Source of the DNA: Oikopleura dioica
Lineage: Eukaryota > Animalia > Chordata
DNA: 64,000 nt
Direction: 5' to 3'
Assembly: GCA_907165135.1 (NCBI GenBank)
Contig: OU015567.1
Span: 5,580,001 to 5,644,000, forward strand
In this document: in pieces, positions 61,147 through 64,000 of the stretch
Numbering within the stretch: position 1 is the stretch's first letter
Layout of the letters: every line of letters begins with the position of its first letter
Notes under the pieces: model-generated
Database searches by the model: none
What the model was told of the DNA's origin: nothing
Seen by the model: the letters and a program-made list of their open reading frames with translations, nothing else
Position numbers and translations under genes: made by a program

Positions 61147-61558
61147 GTCCTCGAATTTTACGTCACCGCCTTTTTTCTTCGAGAAATGAGAAAAATCGGA
61201 GCGAAATAGACTTTTCGATCAGCGCGTAAAATATTGAGCAGGATGTTTTGGATGGAACTAACAAAGACGACCATAACAATTTACGCTGACACTTAACACA
61301 AGCGAGTCGTTGATTCAATCAATCACATAATTAAGAACTTTAATTAGCCTGAAGAAAAATGGTTTATTTACATAATTTTTGAACAGTATTTATTTTTTTG
61401 AACTTTGCGATTTTGAACTCTTTTTATCCTTTTCGATCACTTTGATTTCTTTTTGGTTTTCTTTTTCTTCTTATTTTTACCAAACAAAACTCGCCAAGCA
61501 GGGACACAACCATAGCTACAAAGGAAAATATTATTCTAGTCACCGCAAGCCACCGATT

Positions 61559-64000
61559 TTACGCATTTTCTAGCGCTTTTTCTTTACCTTGGTTCAGTTT
61601 CACTTGGAAGAGGTTCCTTGATTTCTTCTCGCTGGAAGGTTTGAGTGGCGATTTCTTTGTACTCCCTTCGTTTTGGTATCGAACCGTTTCGCTGAATTGA
61701 CGCTTCTTTTGGAGCTCTACGAGTTGCAATTTTTTGATCTTCGGATTTTCTAATTTCTTGAGGTAATTTTTCATCGTCAGGTTTTTCTTTGTCGTCGATT
61801 TTTTCGTCTGTTTTTTGGACTTCTGGCTCCGGGCTGGGTGTTTTTTCTTTCGATTCTGGAGTTGTTGAAAGTTGAGGATTGTTCTTTTTCAAGACGTTTT
61901 TCAACTCATTGGCGAAGGCGGATTTTTGAGCTAGGCTTTGTTGCGGGCCATTTTCTATTAAAAAGAATAAATTAAGACTTTAGAAAAAGAGGAAACCTGA
62001 AGCAGAAGAACTGGCTGTCGAAACTGTCCGGCGGCTTTGAATCCTTGATCTTTGCCCGCTGTTGGTGGAGGTAGAAAAGTTCTTTGCATGGAGCATTTTG
62101 GGATCGAGTCCGCGGGAGAGACTTTCCACTTTTCCGGAGTTGATTTCTTTCAAGAGATTGTCAAAGACCGGCTCGTCGTTGAGACTCTTTCGCGGAGTTA
62201 TATGGTCGCGCTGAAACGATTAAATAAAAAATGAGCATTATGTAATCAAAGAAAACCTTGTTGGGGACGCTTTTGCTTCTCCTGTCTCCCCTCGCTTTTG
62301 ACAGCTGAGCTTCGAAGTCGCCCAGAATTCGAAAATGAGAAGACAGGTCAAGTTTTTCCCCTTCATCGGGCAATTGCTCCTTCAGCCGATCTTTGAAGCT
62401 CTCGACGTTTTCCTTCTGTTTCTGCAATTTTTCTATCTTTTCGTTGGAAGAAGCAAAAAAGGTTTCGAACTGGGCTCGGAGCTCTGGAAACGATTTCGTC
62501 TTTCCATCGAGTCGGTTATTTTCTCTGTCGATTTTACCCAACTGCGCGTCGAAAAAAGCCAAGTCGACTGCTCCCGCTTCTCTGTAAAGAACCGAATCGT
62601 TGCGCAACTGGGCCACGTGCTCGTCCGACATTTGCTCGGCGATGAAATGCAGAAGAGTGTATCTAAACAATGCTTAGATCCGGTGTTGATGGATTTGAGA
62701 GGGGCGATTTTACGAGCAAAATTATTAGTGGGCAGATATCAATGAAGACCGTCCGGCAAAAATCGTTAAAAAGAAGATCAAAAATTCGATGATTTTATTT
62801 CACGATTTTGACCATTACCGTATTGCGCAATTCTCAATTTTTATGTCAAAGTTAATTTAAACTTACCCTCTTTGAGTTGACCTCGTTTCCTGGAGTTTCA
62901 GCAATGTATTCATTTTAAACGCGGCCGCGTTTCCGCCATAAGTTCCTGCCATTATAAAGTTGCAGCTCTCCATCACAAGCTGAACAAATAAATCTATCTA
63001 TTTTCTTCGTTTTTATTGCTTACTTTGAGGACTTGTCGGAAAGCTTCAGAGCGGAGAAACGTGTCCACCGCCATGATGACTTTACTGTAGTTGCTCGCTA
63101 CTGTCACGCAGATTTCATGAACGCTAGAAATGGTTTGAGAGTATTGTTAATCTTCTTCTTACCTGAAAAGATGCAGCATCAATTCCAGCCGCAGCGTAAA
63201 AACACTCGGATTCGGAAAATACTCGGAAAGCACGTGATAAAATTTCTCTACCGTCCCGAGCTCTCCCGTTCCGTTTTCTTCCACGAAGCTTTTGACGATT
63301 TCGACATCAGATGAAACATCTTCGAAATGCTTCAACGCGGATTTTGCCCTCTCGAACGACCAAATTTTCACATTTGTTTCGATCAGGGAAGAGATTATTT
63401 CCTCCGCGGGAATTTTGAACTGTTTGAGAAAAATGCCAATGTTCAGCGATTTTTTCTGGTCGAGGAGGGATCTTTTAGCCCTGAAGCTCGGCTTTGGCTG
63501 AAGGTTCGATTTGCTCGCTGGGAGACTTTGCTTCGCCGTGAATTTGGATTCTAGAGTCGCGTAGAGATCCTGGAGTGTTTCTTCTGTATCTGGCTCGAGT
63601 TGGCTCCAGATTGATTTTTCGAGCGGAATGTTTCTTTTGACGGGATCCCAGTGGACGGGAGTCAGCTTCACTTTTGGACTTCTTTTTGGCGAAAATGGCA
63701 GTTGCGGTTTCTGAGGTAAAAAGGCGGATGGACCTCCTGGGAGTCCTGGCGGTGGGGGCGCTCCGGGACCAGGAGGAGGTGGCGGCCCCCCGGCGCTTGG
63801 AGGAGGAGGGGGTCCATCGAGGACTTGAGGAGCGGGAGGGGGTGGAGCGCCCGGCCCAGCTGGGGGAGGAGGAGGAGGTGGAAGGGAAGATGGAGGGGGA
63901 GCGGCTGATCGTTTCGGGGGAACTGGCGGAGAAGAAACAAGACGATCAAATTCGTTTTCTTCAATTTGCTTCGACAATTTTTCAAGAGAATCGCCATCCA
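61559..64000 (-). CDS. FHDC1-like: Formin (FH1 poly-Pro plus FH2), FHDC1/INF2-like; 5' end lies beyond the window
   Basis: Poly-Pro FH1; LTPVHWDPV, LLDQKKSLNIGIFLKQFK, GNAAAFKMNTLLKLQETRS, YTLLHFI. Confidence 0.9.

Overview
Eukaryotic, AT-rich, very compact genomic DNA. Genes are densely packed, most introns are 35-50 nt, and some junctions need non-GT donors. The protein types (ZP, TSP1/mucin, Cys-rich/Kelch-like, S100-like) point to an appendicularian tunicate, most likely Oikopleura dioica. This assignment is inferred, not proven. About 30 intron-containing genes or gene fragments can be supported: SLC43 transporter, Cys-rich beta-propeller protein, PAN/ZP protein, alpha-1,3-fucosyltransferase, CAP protein, TSP1-mucin, GT31 glycosyltransferase, S100-like protein, FABP, AADAC-like pseudo-esterase, serine dehydratase, ankyrin/ZU5-like protein, PIFO, cbEGF protein, two isochorismatases, LRR, sushi/lectin and formin. 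The dominant non-genic feature is a hairpin MITE family with TIR core CCTGTGTAGAAAACCTGAGTCAGGG, present in more than 20 full or partial copies. Several copies interrupt otherwise intact coding exons and appear to supply splice sites, i.e. introner-like behaviour. This is the best candidate for an undescribed system here. Other notable items: short hairpin-ended non-canonical introns, a TTAA-flanked Kolobok-like MITE, a 35-unit 30-bp minisatellite apparently grown out of an exon in an inverted pseudogene copy, and a possible H3/CenH3-like relic. No CRISPR array, rRNA or tRNA is supported. All exon models were read by eye and need RNA-seq confirmation.
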